The notes under the pieces were generated by a model. The model did no database searches. It was given only the letters and a program-made list of their open reading frames with translations, and had not been told where the DNA came from. Shown piece by piece: positions 7,388-16,919 of a stretch of DNA of 30,071 bases. This DNA is from a virus (taxonomy: Duplodnaviria; Caudoviricetes), in IMG/VR virus record IMGVR_UViG_3300012667_000399, positions 1-30,071 of that record; one strand, written 5' to 3'. How positions within the stretch are numbered: position 1 is the first letter of the stretch; each line of letters begins with the position of its first letter. A program made the position numbers and the translations under genes.

Positions 7388-9598
7388 ATGTACGGACAAG
7401 CCCATATACCTAAACAAAGAGTTCCACTAAGTCAGAAAGATGAGAAGTGGAAAAAAGATTGCGTAGATGCATTTATTAATTTATCTAAATTTGGTATCAG
7501 TGAGCGTCGTGCATATTTGCGATCTTTGTATGACTACTATAATGGTGTAATAGATGAAGAAGACTATAACTATGTACTTAAACCTTACGGAAAAACTAGA
7601 AAGAATTTCCCAACTAAGCTACGAAACTACCCAATCATTAAACCCATTATTGATTTACTTCTTGGAGAGAAATCTAAGCGTCCTTTAGAGTATACAGTAA
7701 CCGTACAGAATGCTGATGCTATTAGTCAGAAAGAAGAACAGCTACAAAACTTGCTTTTAAATAACATTCGTACTCAATTCTTAAATGAATTAATTAAACA
7801 AGGGCAAGTTCAAGGAGAACAACAAGAAGTTCCGCTTCCTAAACAAGTTCAAGAAGAATTCAATAGATCTTATGTAGATTCTAGAGCAATTAGAGGACAA
7901 CATGCATTGAATTATATTATGAATCAACAAGAGATTTATGATAAGTTTCAAAAACAGTTTTTCCATTTTTTAATTGCAGGGGAGTGCTACTCACACAAAG
8001 GAGTTAGACGTAATGAACCATTTTATGAAGTCATTAATCCATTAGATGTTGACTTTGATAAAGATCCAGATATCGATTTTGTAGAAGATGGGGATTGGGC
8101 AATCATTAGAAAGTTCTCACATGCATCTACTATTATTGATGCTTATGGAGAGTTCTTAACTGATGAACAAATCTTAGAATTAGAATCTCCTACTCATACA
8201 TCTGCAGAAGCTTATCTTTTGTATCGTGCAGAAGCTTCAGGAGCTGATGATAATATCTATCGTAACAGATTGATAGAAGTTGTAACGGTATACTGGAAGT
8301 CAAGAAAAAGAATTGGGTTTTTAAATTACATAGATCCCAATACGGGAACTCAAGAAGTTAAAGAAGTTGATGAAACTTTTAAGTTAACCAAAGAGATGAA
8401 AGAACAGATGGGAGCATCTGTAGAATGGGAGTGGGTTAACGAAGCATGGGAAGGAGTTAGAATTGATAGAAGATTCTACATTAAAATGAATCCTCTAGCT
8501 ACTCAAAGAACTAGCCTAGACAATCCATCAATTTGCAAACTACCAATTAATGGAAGAAAATACTCTGATATTAATTCTCAACCTATCTCTTTAGTTAGTC
8601 TTGGAATTCCATATCAGTTAAATTACAATATTTACAAGTACCGTATGGAGTTAGCAATAGCCAGATCTAAGGATATTGTTGCTCAATTTGATATTAACAT
8701 GATCCCTAAAAATTGGGACATGGATAAGTTTATGTACTATGTAGAGGGTACAGGTATTGCTTGGGTAGACTACAACAAAGAGGGAATACAACTATCCCCC
8801 CAGCACCAATCCGTGTTGGATATGTCAATTAAGACGATCTCACAATATCTTACCCTCTTAGAATCGATAATGGTTGAGTGGGAAAAATTGAGTGGTGTTA
8901 ATAGACAACGTCAAGGATCAGTTGGAACATATGAAGGAAAAGCTACATCTCAACAAGCCATTGTCCAATCTTCTCATATAACAGAAGATATATTTAGAAA
9001 GTTCTCAAACTTTGAGCAACGTGAATTACAAGGGTTAATCGACTACTCTAAAGTAGCTTGGATTAACGGCAAGAAAGGAATGTTTGTAATGCCAGACAAT
9101 ACTTTAGCTGAATTGGATGTTGAAGGATTAGGACATTTAGAGTCTGAATACGGAATCTTTGTTTCTGATGCTGGTAAAGATGTAGAAAAACTTCAAGCTA
9201 TTAGAGGATTTGCACAAGCCGCTGTACAAAATGGTCTTCCAATGTCAGCAGCTATCTCAATCTTTGAAAGTGATAGTTTCCCACAAATTAAAGATAAAAT
9301 TAGACAAGCTGAAAAAGCTCAAGAAGAATTGCAGAAAGCTCAACAAGAAGCACAGACTCAACAAAGTCAACAACAAATGCAAATTCAACAAGCTCAACTT
9401 GAAGCTCAACAATTGGATAAAGAAAAAGATCGTCAATTACAAATTGAACTTGCTCTTATTGCAGCTGAAGGTGATGATAAAAAGAATTCTGCATCATTAG
9501 AAAAAATGATGAGAGACTTTGAAATTAAACAAAAACAATTGGAACTTAAAGAGCAAGAAATTAATAATAAACTTACTCAAAATAATACCCCAGAATAA
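7388..9598 (+). CDS. Portal protein (crAss-like)
   Basis: 736 aa after terL; NYPIIKPIIDLLLGE, SGVNRQRQG, Q-rich C-terminal coiled-coil barrel. Confidence 0.92.
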   Translation: MYGQAHIPKQRVPLSQKDEKWKKDCVDAFINLSKFGISERRAYLRSLYDYYNGVIDEEDYNYVLKPYGKTRKNFPTKLRNYPIIKPIIDLLLGEKSKRPLEYTVTVQNADAISQKEEQLQNLLLNNIRTQFLNELIKQGQVQGEQQEVPLPKQVQEEFNRSYVDSRAIRGQHALNYIMNQQEIYDKFQKQFFHFLIAGECYSHKGVRRNEPFYEVINPLDVDFDKDPDIDFVEDGDWAIIRKFSHASTIIDAYGEFLTDEQILELESPTHTSAEAYLLYRAEASGADDNIYRNRLIEVVTVYWKSRKRIGFLNYIDPNTGTQEVKEVDETFKLTKEMKEQMGASVEWEWVNEAWEGVRIDRRFYIKMNPLATQRTSLDNPSICKLPINGRKYSDINSQPISLVSLGIPYQLNYNIYKYRMELAIARSKDIVAQFDINMIPKNWDMDKFMYYVEGTGIAWVDYNKEGIQLSPQHQSVLDMSIKTISQYLTLLESIMVEWEKLSGVNRQRQGSVGTYEGKATSQQAIVQSSHITEDIFRKFSNFEQRELQGLIDYSKVAWINGKKGMFVMPDNTLAELDVEGLGHLESEYGIFVSDAGKDVEKLQAIRGFAQAAVQNGLPMSAAISIFESDSFPQIKDKIRQAEKAQEELQKAQQEAQTQQSQQQMQIQQAQLEAQQLDKEKDRQLQIELALIAAEGDDKKNSASLEKMMRDFEIKQKQLELKEQEINNKLTQNNTPE

Positions 9599-10086
9599 TG
9601 GCTAAAGATACTATGTCAAAATACCTAACTCCTCTAGATAGTTTAGAGAAAAATGGAACAGAAGTAATTAAAGACTTAGAAGCAGGTTTCCGTGGGTCAG
9701 GTAGATTAGATAACTTGGTAGCAGAACTAGCATTAAGCATGTTAGAAGTTGCTAATAAAGTTCATCTTCTTCATTGGGGAATGACTGGTCAAGGTTCTTA
9801 TGCTGCTCATCAAACTCTTGGTGATCTATATGATAACCTAAGAGATAGAGCAGATGAAGTTGTAGAAAACTACCAAGGTATTTCTGAAACATTATTGACT
9901 TTTATGGACTTTAATGTTAGTCCTAAATTTAAAGATGTAACTAATTGCATGACTGCATTAGATACACTTAAAAATAAAGTTGATGATTTGCAAAAAGAAA
10001 GTAAATTTTCTGAATTCAACAACTTACTAGATGAAATTAAAGCAGATATTAATAAAGCTAAATATAAACTTACTTTCTTGAAGTAA
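9598..10086 (+). CDS. Dps/ferritin-like protein (DUF5856-like by recall)
   Basis: HLLHW...SYAAHQTLGDLYD...DEVVENYQG, a Dps-type ferroxidase signature; four-helix bundle; TAATG-coupled to portal. Confidence 0.85.
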   Translation: MAKDTMSKYLTPLDSLEKNGTEVIKDLEAGFRGSGRLDNLVAELALSMLEVANKVHLLHWGMTGQGSYAAHQTLGDLYDNLRDRADEVVENYQGISETLLTFMDFNVSPKFKDVTNCMTALDTLKNKVDDLQKESKFSEFNNLLDEIKADINKAKYKLTFLK

Positions 10087-11081
10087 TGGATAATGCTACT
10101 AGAAGACAGATATTAGAACGAGTAAAGCAATTAGGTTATCCTAATACTGTAGAGGCTTTACAAAATCCTCAAATACTTGATCAGTATGAACAACAATTGC
10201 AGGCTCAGTCTCAACAGCAGCAACAGCCCATTCAACAACCAGAACCTGTTAGTTTTCCTACTCCTCCTGTTACTACTCCTAACTATAAAGTACCTCAGCC
10301 TAGACAGTCCGAAGCTAAGCCTTTGGTAATGTCTTTTAATCAAACTGCTCCGCAGTTAATGGCAGATGGAGGTCTTAAAGATCCTCCTAAAAAGAAAGAA
10401 CCACGTGTTATATCAGATCCTGAAGAATTTAAAATAGCTAATCAAGCATATGCTGATAGTTTATCTACCTACAATTATACAGTAGATACATTGAATGCTT
10501 TAAAAAAATTTAAATATTCAGATAAAAATAGTCAGTTAGATTATAATAAAATTTTAGACTCTAGTCGTCCTAAAACAAATATTTCACCAATAGATGTGAT
10601 TAATACTGAAACATATGTTGAAAAAAATAAATTAGATTTACCTAACCCTAGGTGGTACAATATTCCAATATATAAAAAACCAACTCAACCTGTAGTATTC
10701 GAACCACCATTAGAAAAAATAGAACCATTACCAATTAAAAAGTTACCAATACAAGAACCTCAACTAGAACCTATTAATTTAACTACTGGTAAAAACAATA
10801 CTAGACGTTTTGATTCTTATGAAACAGCATATGATCAAAGATCTGGTAAACTAAAACAGGGAACTTATTACTACGATGAAAATCTTAAGAAGTGGCAATA
10901 TAGAGATGCTGAACCAGAAGAAGTAGAATATGAAAGAAGTAAAGGTGCAATTGAACAATCTAAACCTGCTTTAAAAAAATCTGCAGGAGTTATGAAGTTT
11001 AAAAATGGAGGCAAAAAATGCTATACTTGTAGCAGTTCAAAAATGAAAGTGCTATATAATAAAGCAAATTATAAAAAATAA
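10086..11081 (+). CDS. Low-complexity Q/P/K-rich protein with xxGG motifs; possible internal virion protein
   Basis: 331 aa with poly-Q, LMADGG-LKDPPKKK and FKNGGKKC; between portal and scaffold. Confidence 0.7.
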   Translation: MDNATRRQILERVKQLGYPNTVEALQNPQILDQYEQQLQAQSQQQQQPIQQPEPVSFPTPPVTTPNYKVPQPRQSEAKPLVMSFNQTAPQLMADGGLKDPPKKKEPRVISDPEEFKIANQAYADSLSTYNYTVDTLNALKKFKYSDKNSQLDYNKILDSSRPKTNISPIDVINTETYVEKNKLDLPNPRWYNIPIYKKPTQPVVFEPPLEKIEPLPIKKLPIQEPQLEPINLTTGKNNTRRFDSYETAYDQRSGKLKQGTYYYDENLKKWQYRDAEPEEVEYERSKGAIEQSKPALKKSAGVMKFKNGGKKCYTCSSSKMKVLYNKANYKK

Positions 11082-11111
11082 TTAAACAGTTTTTAATTAA
11101 AACCCTTAATA

Positions 11112-11119
11112 TATCTTTG
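11112..11119 (+). promoter_or_regulatory. -7 promoter box for the scaffold-capsid operon, probably leaderless
   Basis: TATCTTTG + 4 nt + ATG 11124. Confidence 0.65.
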
Positions 11120-11123
11120 TGAT

Positions 11124-12260
11124 ATGAGTAAACCAACAGTAAAATTCGAAGACATTACTTTAGACGATGTTCTAGGGGATGGTCTAGAATCAACCAGTGC
11201 AGGCGAAGGCACAGCAGTTGATTCCAATTTAGGAGATGACCTAAATATTGACAAAACTAATTCTAAACCAGGAAGTGATCCATTAGATGATGAAGATGAA
11301 GATGAAAAGTCCAGTAAATTTGATAAAAAACTGGACACAGATGATTCTGATGACGATACTGATTCTGATTCTGACGATGATGACAACAGTGGTAATTTCG
11401 GTGATGGTGATGATAGTATTATTTCTTCTATTGCTAAATCACTTGGTTATGAATTGGAAAAAGAATATGCAGAGACAGAAGAAGGTCTAGCAGAATTTAC
11501 TAAAGACATTGCACAAAACATTGCAGAAGATCAACTCGATGGTTTGTTTAAGCAGTTTCCTTTAGTACAAAAACATTTGGATTTTGTTTTAGCAGGTGGA
11601 GATCCTGAAAAATTCTTTGATGCTTACAATCCAAGAACAAGTTTTGAAAATGTAGAGTTAGAGCAAGAAGATTCTCGTACTCAAAAATATATGATTACTG
11701 AATTTTTAAGAACCAAAGGTCATGACGATGAGTTTATCAAAGACATGATTAATGATTATGAAGATTCTGGTAAGTTGTATGATAGAGCTAAAGTTGCTCA
11801 ACGTAATCTTGCTACTATTCAAAAGCAAGAACGTGAAGGTTTAGTTCGTCAACAACAAGAGCAACAAATGCGTGCTCAACAAGAAAATGAAAGATTTTGG
11901 GAAGGAGTAGCTAGTACAATTCAAGAAGGAAAAGAATTTGCTGGTATCCGTATTCCAGATCGTGAAAAAGCTAAATTCTTTGATTACATTTCTGAACCTA
12001 TTAGCGATAATGGTCAGACTCGTAGAGATAAGGATTATGCAGAAGCTAATCTAGAAGCTAAACTTGCTTTGGATTATTTGATGTATAAAGGCTTTAACTT
12101 GAAAGATATTATTAACGTAAAAGCAAAGACTGAAAGCGCTGTTAGTTTGAAAGAAAAGATTAAACAAAACGAAGAGCGTGTAAGGTCAATGCAGACAAAC
12201 GATAAAAAAGGAAAGAAATTTGATGCAGATAATCTGGATCTAAAAGCATTGTTTGGGTAA
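11124..12260 (+). CDS. Putative capsid scaffolding protein
   Basis: Very acidic disordered N-terminus and helical C-terminus; directly upstream of the major capsid gene, as in crAss-like phages. Confidence 0.75.
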   Translation: MSKPTVKFEDITLDDVLGDGLESTSAGEGTAVDSNLGDDLNIDKTNSKPGSDPLDDEDEDEKSSKFDKKLDTDDSDDDTDSDSDDDDNSGNFGDGDDSIISSIAKSLGYELEKEYAETEEGLAEFTKDIAQNIAEDQLDGLFKQFPLVQKHLDFVLAGGDPEKFFDAYNPRTSFENVELEQEDSRTQKYMITEFLRTKGHDDEFIKDMINDYEDSGKLYDRAKVAQRNLATIQKQEREGLVRQQQEQQMRAQQENERFWEGVASTIQEGKEFAGIRIPDREKAKFFDYISEPISDNGQTRRDKDYAEANLEAKLALDYLMYKGFNLKDIINVKAKTESAVSLKEKIKQNEERVRSMQTNDKKGKKFDADNLDLKALFG

Positions 12261-12299
12261 CTAAGCAATATAACAATTAACTTTAAATAAATTATAACT

Positions 12300-13724
12300 A
12301 TGGCTCTAATGCAAGTTCTTAAAACGTACTATAACGATGCCCAAATGACCGACACTAACTCGTTGGTTAACGCACTTATGGAACGTCCAGAGGAGATCTC
12401 TCCTATCATTACTCACTTGGCTGGTCGTGAGGAAAAGAAATTTCCATTGTCTTTCTTAACTGAAGGTGTTGGAAACACTCGTTCAATTGATCGCTACGAA
12501 TATGAATATCGTGTTAAAACTCACGAAATTAATGTTCGTCCTGTTATATCTGCTGCTCCTGGTGGAGTTGTTGGTGCTGGTGGTGCAATGTTTACATTGA
12601 CTTTTCCTGACAAATGGTTTATTTTCCCTTACACTTTGGTATCTCAATCTGGTACTCTTGCTCGTATTATGAATGAGCCAGTTGCTGATGGTGGTGGATG
12701 GAAATACACTTTGCGTTTGGTATCTCCTGATTCACCTTCTGTTTCTGTTGCTGATGCTTCTCCTGGTGCTTTGTGGGGTATGATGTATGCTAACGTAGGA
12801 ATTGACTTCTCTCGTGGTAATGCATCTAACTGGACTGCTCCTGGTTTGGTTCGTAGCAAAATTGGTACTGTACGTAAATCTTACCATTTCTCTGGAAATG
12901 CTAAAGATTATGTTGCTCAATTTGAATTGCCTTTGAAAGAAGGAAGTAAGACTAAATTGTGGATGGATTACGAAGAGTACCGTCACATGTTGAAGTTCAA
13001 AGAAGAGTGTGAAATGTACTACTGGTATGGTCAAAAGACTCATGATGCAAATGGTGTTAGCACTATGTTGGATGAGAATGGTCAACCTGTAGTTTCAGGT
13101 CCTGGTTTATTGGAGCAAATCATTAACAAAGACACTTTCTCTAACTTGACTCAAGCTAAGATTGAAGAAGTTATCGGTGATTTGTTCTATGGTATGACTG
13201 ATGCTACTGATAAACAAGTAACTCTTTACACTGGTATCGGTGGAGCTCGTGAGTTTGACCGTGCTTTGAAAACTTACTATTCTAATAATCCTTATTTGCA
13301 AACTACTCAACCTACCTTTATTACTGGTTCTGGTCGTAGTTTGGGAATCACTGGTTATTTTACTAGTTATGAGCACGTTGATGGTCATAGAGTTAACGTA
13401 GTTAAATCTCCTTTGTTTGATCACGGTCCTGTTGCTCAAGCTTCTAAAAAGCACCCAGTTTCTGGTTTGCCTTTGGAATCTTATCGCATGGTGTTTGTTG
13501 ACCAATCTACTTATGATGGTGAAAACAACTTGCAAATGATCAACAAGAAAGGTCGTGAATTGTTGCGTTGGTGTGTTGCAGGTTCAGTTGTTCCAAAAGG
13601 ATTCACTGAAACTGATACTCGCGCAAGTGATATTGATGGTGCTTCTGTGCATATGTTGAAGACTGCTGGTATTTTGCTTCGTCGCTTCGATACTAGCTTG
13701 GATCTTCAGTGTGTTGCATCTTAA
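12300..13724 (+). CDS. Major capsid protein (crAss-like, HK97 fold)
   Basis: 474 aa; MTDTNSL, FPLSFLTEG, GPGLLEQI, LYTGIGG, HPVSGLPLESYRM; biased codons (CGT, GGT, TTG); terminator follows. Confidence 0.92.
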   Translation: MALMQVLKTYYNDAQMTDTNSLVNALMERPEEISPIITHLAGREEKKFPLSFLTEGVGNTRSIDRYEYEYRVKTHEINVRPVISAAPGGVVGAGGAMFTLTFPDKWFIFPYTLVSQSGTLARIMNEPVADGGGWKYTLRLVSPDSPSVSVADASPGALWGMMYANVGIDFSRGNASNWTAPGLVRSKIGTVRKSYHFSGNAKDYVAQFELPLKEGSKTKLWMDYEEYRHMLKFKEECEMYYWYGQKTHDANGVSTMLDENGQPVVSGPGLLEQIINKDTFSNLTQAKIEEVIGDLFYGMTDATDKQVTLYTGIGGAREFDRALKTYYSNNPYLQTTQPTFITGSGRSLGITGYFTSYEHVDGHRVNVVKSPLFDHGPVAQASKKHPVSGLPLESYRMVFVDQSTYDGENNLQMINKKGRELLRWCVAGSVVPKGFTETDTRASDIDGASVHMLKTAGILLRRFDTSLDLQCVAS

Positions 13725-13744
13725 GTTGTGTTGGTTTATAAAAA

Positions 13745-13780
13745 GTAGGGGGGAGTTAATCCTCCCCTCTTCTTTTCCTT
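13745..13780 (+). terminator. Rho-independent terminator after the capsid gene
   Basis: AGGGGGGAG-TTAAT-CCTCCCCT G/C stem followed by CTTCTTTT. Confidence 0.7.
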
Positions 13781-13840
13781 ATATAAAGAACTCCTAGTTA
13801 TTCTTAATCTGGGAAATAATTAAATAAAAAGAACAATATT

Positions 13841-14644
13841 ATGAGAACAATTATTATTAGAAGAAAGGAAGTACTTAATCACCTTCCAAAAGAAATCAGA
13901 GCTGGAGCTAAAGTTAAAATTGGATCCATCTTTGTAAACAGACTTCCACTCAAAGGAGTAGAAGGAGTAGAAGAAGAAAAATTATTGAAAGAATTGGTTG
14001 ATGTTCCACCTACACACAACGAATGGCCTGCAAAAACAAAAGACTTCTGGTCTAGTTTAAGCATTACAGTTCCATTTGAAGGAGTAGAATTGAACATTGA
14101 AACAACTGAAGATGGTACGCCAATTAACCCAATTGATTACATTAAATACAAGTGGGCAATTAAACACCGTCAAGTTGCAATGTCTGAAGATGAAATGAAA
14201 ACTTCTCCCGACAAACGGTTTTATATTTATGATCCTCAAAAAGATCTTCTTAAAAAGAACAACAAAGTTCAAGTTAAGAAAGAGGCTGATAAAGAATTTA
14301 TTAAATTGACTGGAAACTTTGATTTAATGCGTACCTTGCTACGTGTATTAGCAAAAGGAAATCCAGAGAATTTAACTGACATGGAAGTTGAAAACCAACT
14401 TTATGATGTAAAAGATTCTGATCCAGAACGCTTTTTGAAGTATTGTAAAGACGACACTTTGGAGTTACGTTCTGAAATTTTAGAAATGATTGAAAAAGGA
14501 GTTCTTCGTCAAATTGGTAATCAAATCATTTACCAAGATGAAACAATCGGAGAAACTATGAAAGACTCAATTGTTTACTTTAAAAACAAGAAAAACTCTG
14601 GAGCTGTAAACGCAATGCGTGCACAACTTAAAGAAGTTAAATAA
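13841..14644 (+). CDS. Conserved crAss-like protein downstream of the capsid gene
   Basis: PINPIDYIKY, FYIYD and DPERFL motifs; syntenic position. Confidence 0.7.
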   Translation: MRTIIIRRKEVLNHLPKEIRAGAKVKIGSIFVNRLPLKGVEGVEEEKLLKELVDVPPTHNEWPAKTKDFWSSLSITVPFEGVELNIETTEDGTPINPIDYIKYKWAIKHRQVAMSEDEMKTSPDKRFYIYDPQKDLLKKNNKVQVKKEADKEFIKLTGNFDLMRTLLRVLAKGNPENLTDMEVENQLYDVKDSDPERFLKYCKDDTLELRSEILEMIEKGVLRQIGNQIIYQDETIGETMKDSIVYFKNKKNSGAVNAMRAQLKEVK

Positions 14645-15795
14645 TGAACGTAAATGAAATGCATATAGCTGTTAACCTGGGGGTGCAAAAACTTGCATCT
14701 TTCCAGGTTGACAACTTATTACCTGAAGAAATAGATCATGAGTTAAACTTAGCTCAACTTAGATTTGTTAAGCAACGATTTAATGCTAGATCTAATCGTC
14801 AAGGTAAGGGATTTGAACAATCTCAAAAAAGAATTGATGATCTTAAATCTTTAATTGTAGAACATCAAGGACTTACTAAATTTTATGGGGAAGTATTTAC
14901 TTCTAAATATTCTCCTATTTATGTAGATAGATATACACTTCCGTTAGACTATCTATTTTTAGTATCAGTTAGAGCACACGTTAACTACTCTTGTACAAGT
15001 GCTCCTCAAGTAACGTTATTAAATTCAACTACATCATATGTAAAGGTTAATCTAACAGCTCCTGTAGAAGGATATGTTTTACAAGATCTTTATTATTATG
15101 ATGATGATAATAGTGTTTGGGTTAAAGCAAACGTAGTAGATTTAACTACAATTACTCAAGTATTAGATAATGCTAGTTATGTTGCTAACGTAACTCCTGC
15201 TTTAGCTTTACCAGAACAAAATTCTGAAAACTTAACTAACCACATATCTCCTAATATAGATAGTAATCATATTTATATAGGATTTAAAAGTAACCTTTAT
15301 TTAGGGTTAGATCCAACAGTAGGACCAACAGAAGATGCTTGTGTTTATACTGTGTGGGTAGATCCTCTAGATGGAAATAATACTTCCACTGTTTATGTAA
15401 CAGAATTTACCGATATAACTACTCAAACTAGAGTATTTATACAAAATAATTCAATTCCATTGTATAATAAAATTTCTTATTGTACATTTGCTCAGCATGA
15501 CGATATGTATGCTTTATTAGATGATCCATTTAATAGAACAGACTACGAATTGCCGTTCTATAACATAGAAGAAAGTTATTTAGATATTTATACTGATAAT
15601 ACATTTATTGCTGATAAAGCAATAATTAAATATATAAAAAGACCAATTGCTATCTCAAAAAGTCTTGGAGTTGGAAGTGAATTACCATTTCACACACACG
15701 AAGAGATTGTAGAGATGACAATTAAAAGCATACTAGAGGGAGTAGAATCCCAAAGGTATAACACGCAATCAATGGAAACATTTGAAAGCGAATAA
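14644..15795 (+). CDS. Tail/neck ring protein (crAss-like) with central insertion
   Basis: EEIDHELNLAQ, GFEQSQKRIDDL, LPLDYLF, YIKRP, ELPFHTHEEIVEM. Confidence 0.7.
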   Translation: MNVNEMHIAVNLGVQKLASFQVDNLLPEEIDHELNLAQLRFVKQRFNARSNRQGKGFEQSQKRIDDLKSLIVEHQGLTKFYGEVFTSKYSPIYVDRYTLPLDYLFLVSVRAHVNYSCTSAPQVTLLNSTTSYVKVNLTAPVEGYVLQDLYYYDDDNSVWVKANVVDLTTITQVLDNASYVANVTPALALPEQNSENLTNHISPNIDSNHIYIGFKSNLYLGLDPTVGPTEDACVYTVWVDPLDGNNTSTVYVTEFTDITTQTRVFIQNNSIPLYNKISYCTFAQHDDMYALLDDPFNRTDYELPFYNIEESYLDIYTDNTFIADKAIIKYIKRPIAISKSLGVGSELPFHTHEEIVEMTIKSILEGVESQRYNTQSMETFESE

Positions 15796-15831
15796 ATTAA
15801 ATTAATGTTAAACGCCTAAAATTTTAAAAAA

Positions 15832-16848
15832 ATGGCACCTTCTAATCTAAGTCAAGTATTTATCGCTAATGATATTTCTGACACAACTAATGGTACTATG
15901 CTTGACGGCAGTACTTTCTCTGTTCAAGCTACTAGTGGTGTAGCTGCTGGTACTCTTGTAGGAGTATGGAATGCTAAAACTAATGCTTACATTTTAACTG
16001 ACATTGTTGCAGCAACAGGTCCAGTTCAAGTAGTTCAAACAATGCTTGCAGGAAATCCAATTGCGTCTCCGCTAATTGATCCTAAAGATATTGTTCGTAT
16101 TAAGTATACTCCTTATGCTGCTAGTACAAAAGCTGCTACTACATTGACTTGTGGTACATTTGGTGCTGGAGAATTTGCTACAGTAAAAGTAGCAATTCGT
16201 ACTGCTCCAACTGCTTATGAGTATTATGCTAATCCTAATAATCCTGCTTTGGATTTGACTGGAGAAGGATATGTATTCCCTTTGCTTGGTAATTTTTCTG
16301 CAGGTCGTACTTTGATTCCTATTTGTGAAATCAGTAGTGGAACTGCTGCTACTAATGCTACTGCAATTAAAGATGCAATCGAAGGAGATCCTAAATTGAA
16401 TGCAATTTTTAATGTTAGTACTAGTACTGCTGATGTAACTATCACTGCTCGCCATGCTGGTGTAGTTTTTGATTTGACTTTGATAGATCAAGATGGCGCA
16501 AATCCAGGATTTTCTCAATCTGTAGTAGGATTTGCTGCAGGTAGTGGTAACTACTGGCAAGCTATTTCTGATGAAAAGGCAATGCGTGCAAAATATGGTA
16601 ACTTTAACCGTATGTATTTCCCAATGTCTTTCCCAGAATTTGCTATTGCAGGTAATACTTATGAAGTAGTTGAAATTTCTTACAGACATTCTCATCCTTC
16701 TTCTACTGGTATTGCACGTGCAGCTGAGTTGAATAATATTAAAATCTACAATAAAGTAGCAGCTGAAGGCGCTACTAAAGCAGATTTGGTATTCTTAGCT
16801 AGCGAGACTTCTGATTGGGGAAGTGCTGCTGTAGAAAGATTGTTCTAA
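15832..16848 (+). CDS. Abundant structural protein, probable auxiliary capsid protein
   Basis: Ala/Thr/Gly-rich beta protein with capsid-like codon bias; AAGSGNYWQ; followed by a terminator; crAss-like synteny. Confidence 0.6.
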   Translation: MAPSNLSQVFIANDISDTTNGTMLDGSTFSVQATSGVAAGTLVGVWNAKTNAYILTDIVAATGPVQVVQTMLAGNPIASPLIDPKDIVRIKYTPYAASTKAATTLTCGTFGAGEFATVKVAIRTAPTAYEYYANPNNPALDLTGEGYVFPLLGNFSAGRTLIPICEISSGTAATNATAIKDAIEGDPKLNAIFNVSTSTADVTITARHAGVVFDLTLIDQDGANPGFSQSVVGFAAGSGNYWQAISDEKAMRAKYGNFNRMYFPMSFPEFAIAGNTYEVVEISYRHSHPSSTGIARAAELNNIKIYNKVAAEGATKADLVFLASETSDWGSAAVERLF

Positions 16849-16861
16849 ATTTAAACTAATT

Positions 16862-16891
16862 AAAAAGCCTCACAATTTGGTGGGGCTTTTT
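16862..16891 (+). terminator. Rho-independent terminator, potentially bidirectional
   Basis: AAAAAGCCTCAC-AATTTG-GTGGGGCTTTTT. Confidence 0.85.
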
Positions 16892-16895
16892 ATCT

Positions 16896-16903
16896 TATAT
16901 TTG
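16896..16903 (+). promoter_or_regulatory. -7 promoter box restarting transcription after the terminator
   Basis: TATATTTG, 16 nt before ATG 16920. Confidence 0.65.
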
Positions 16904-16919
16904 TAATAAATAAAAACTA

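Noticed and set aside
11045-11100. GTGCTATATAATAAAG and a TAATTAAA/TTTAATTA palindrome upstream of the scaffold as a phage-specific late promoter
   Set aside because: Only loose matches elsewhere; cannot be distinguished from AT-rich background by eye.
11280-11415. GAT/GAC-rich tandem-like repeats
   Set aside because: Encodes the Asp-rich scaffold linker; no repeat-spacer periodicity, so not CRISPR.
12644-13535. Antisense ORFs over the capsid gene
   Set aside because: Explained by the strong codon bias of the capsid gene; translations are not protein-like.
5376-13724. Group I introns or inteins in terL, portal or capsid
   Set aside because: ORFs are uninterrupted and of ordinary size, with no homing endonuclease or intein motifs.
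16072-16695. 207-aa minus-strand ORF
   Set aside because: Ser/Cys-rich mirror of the GCT/ACT-rich sense gene.
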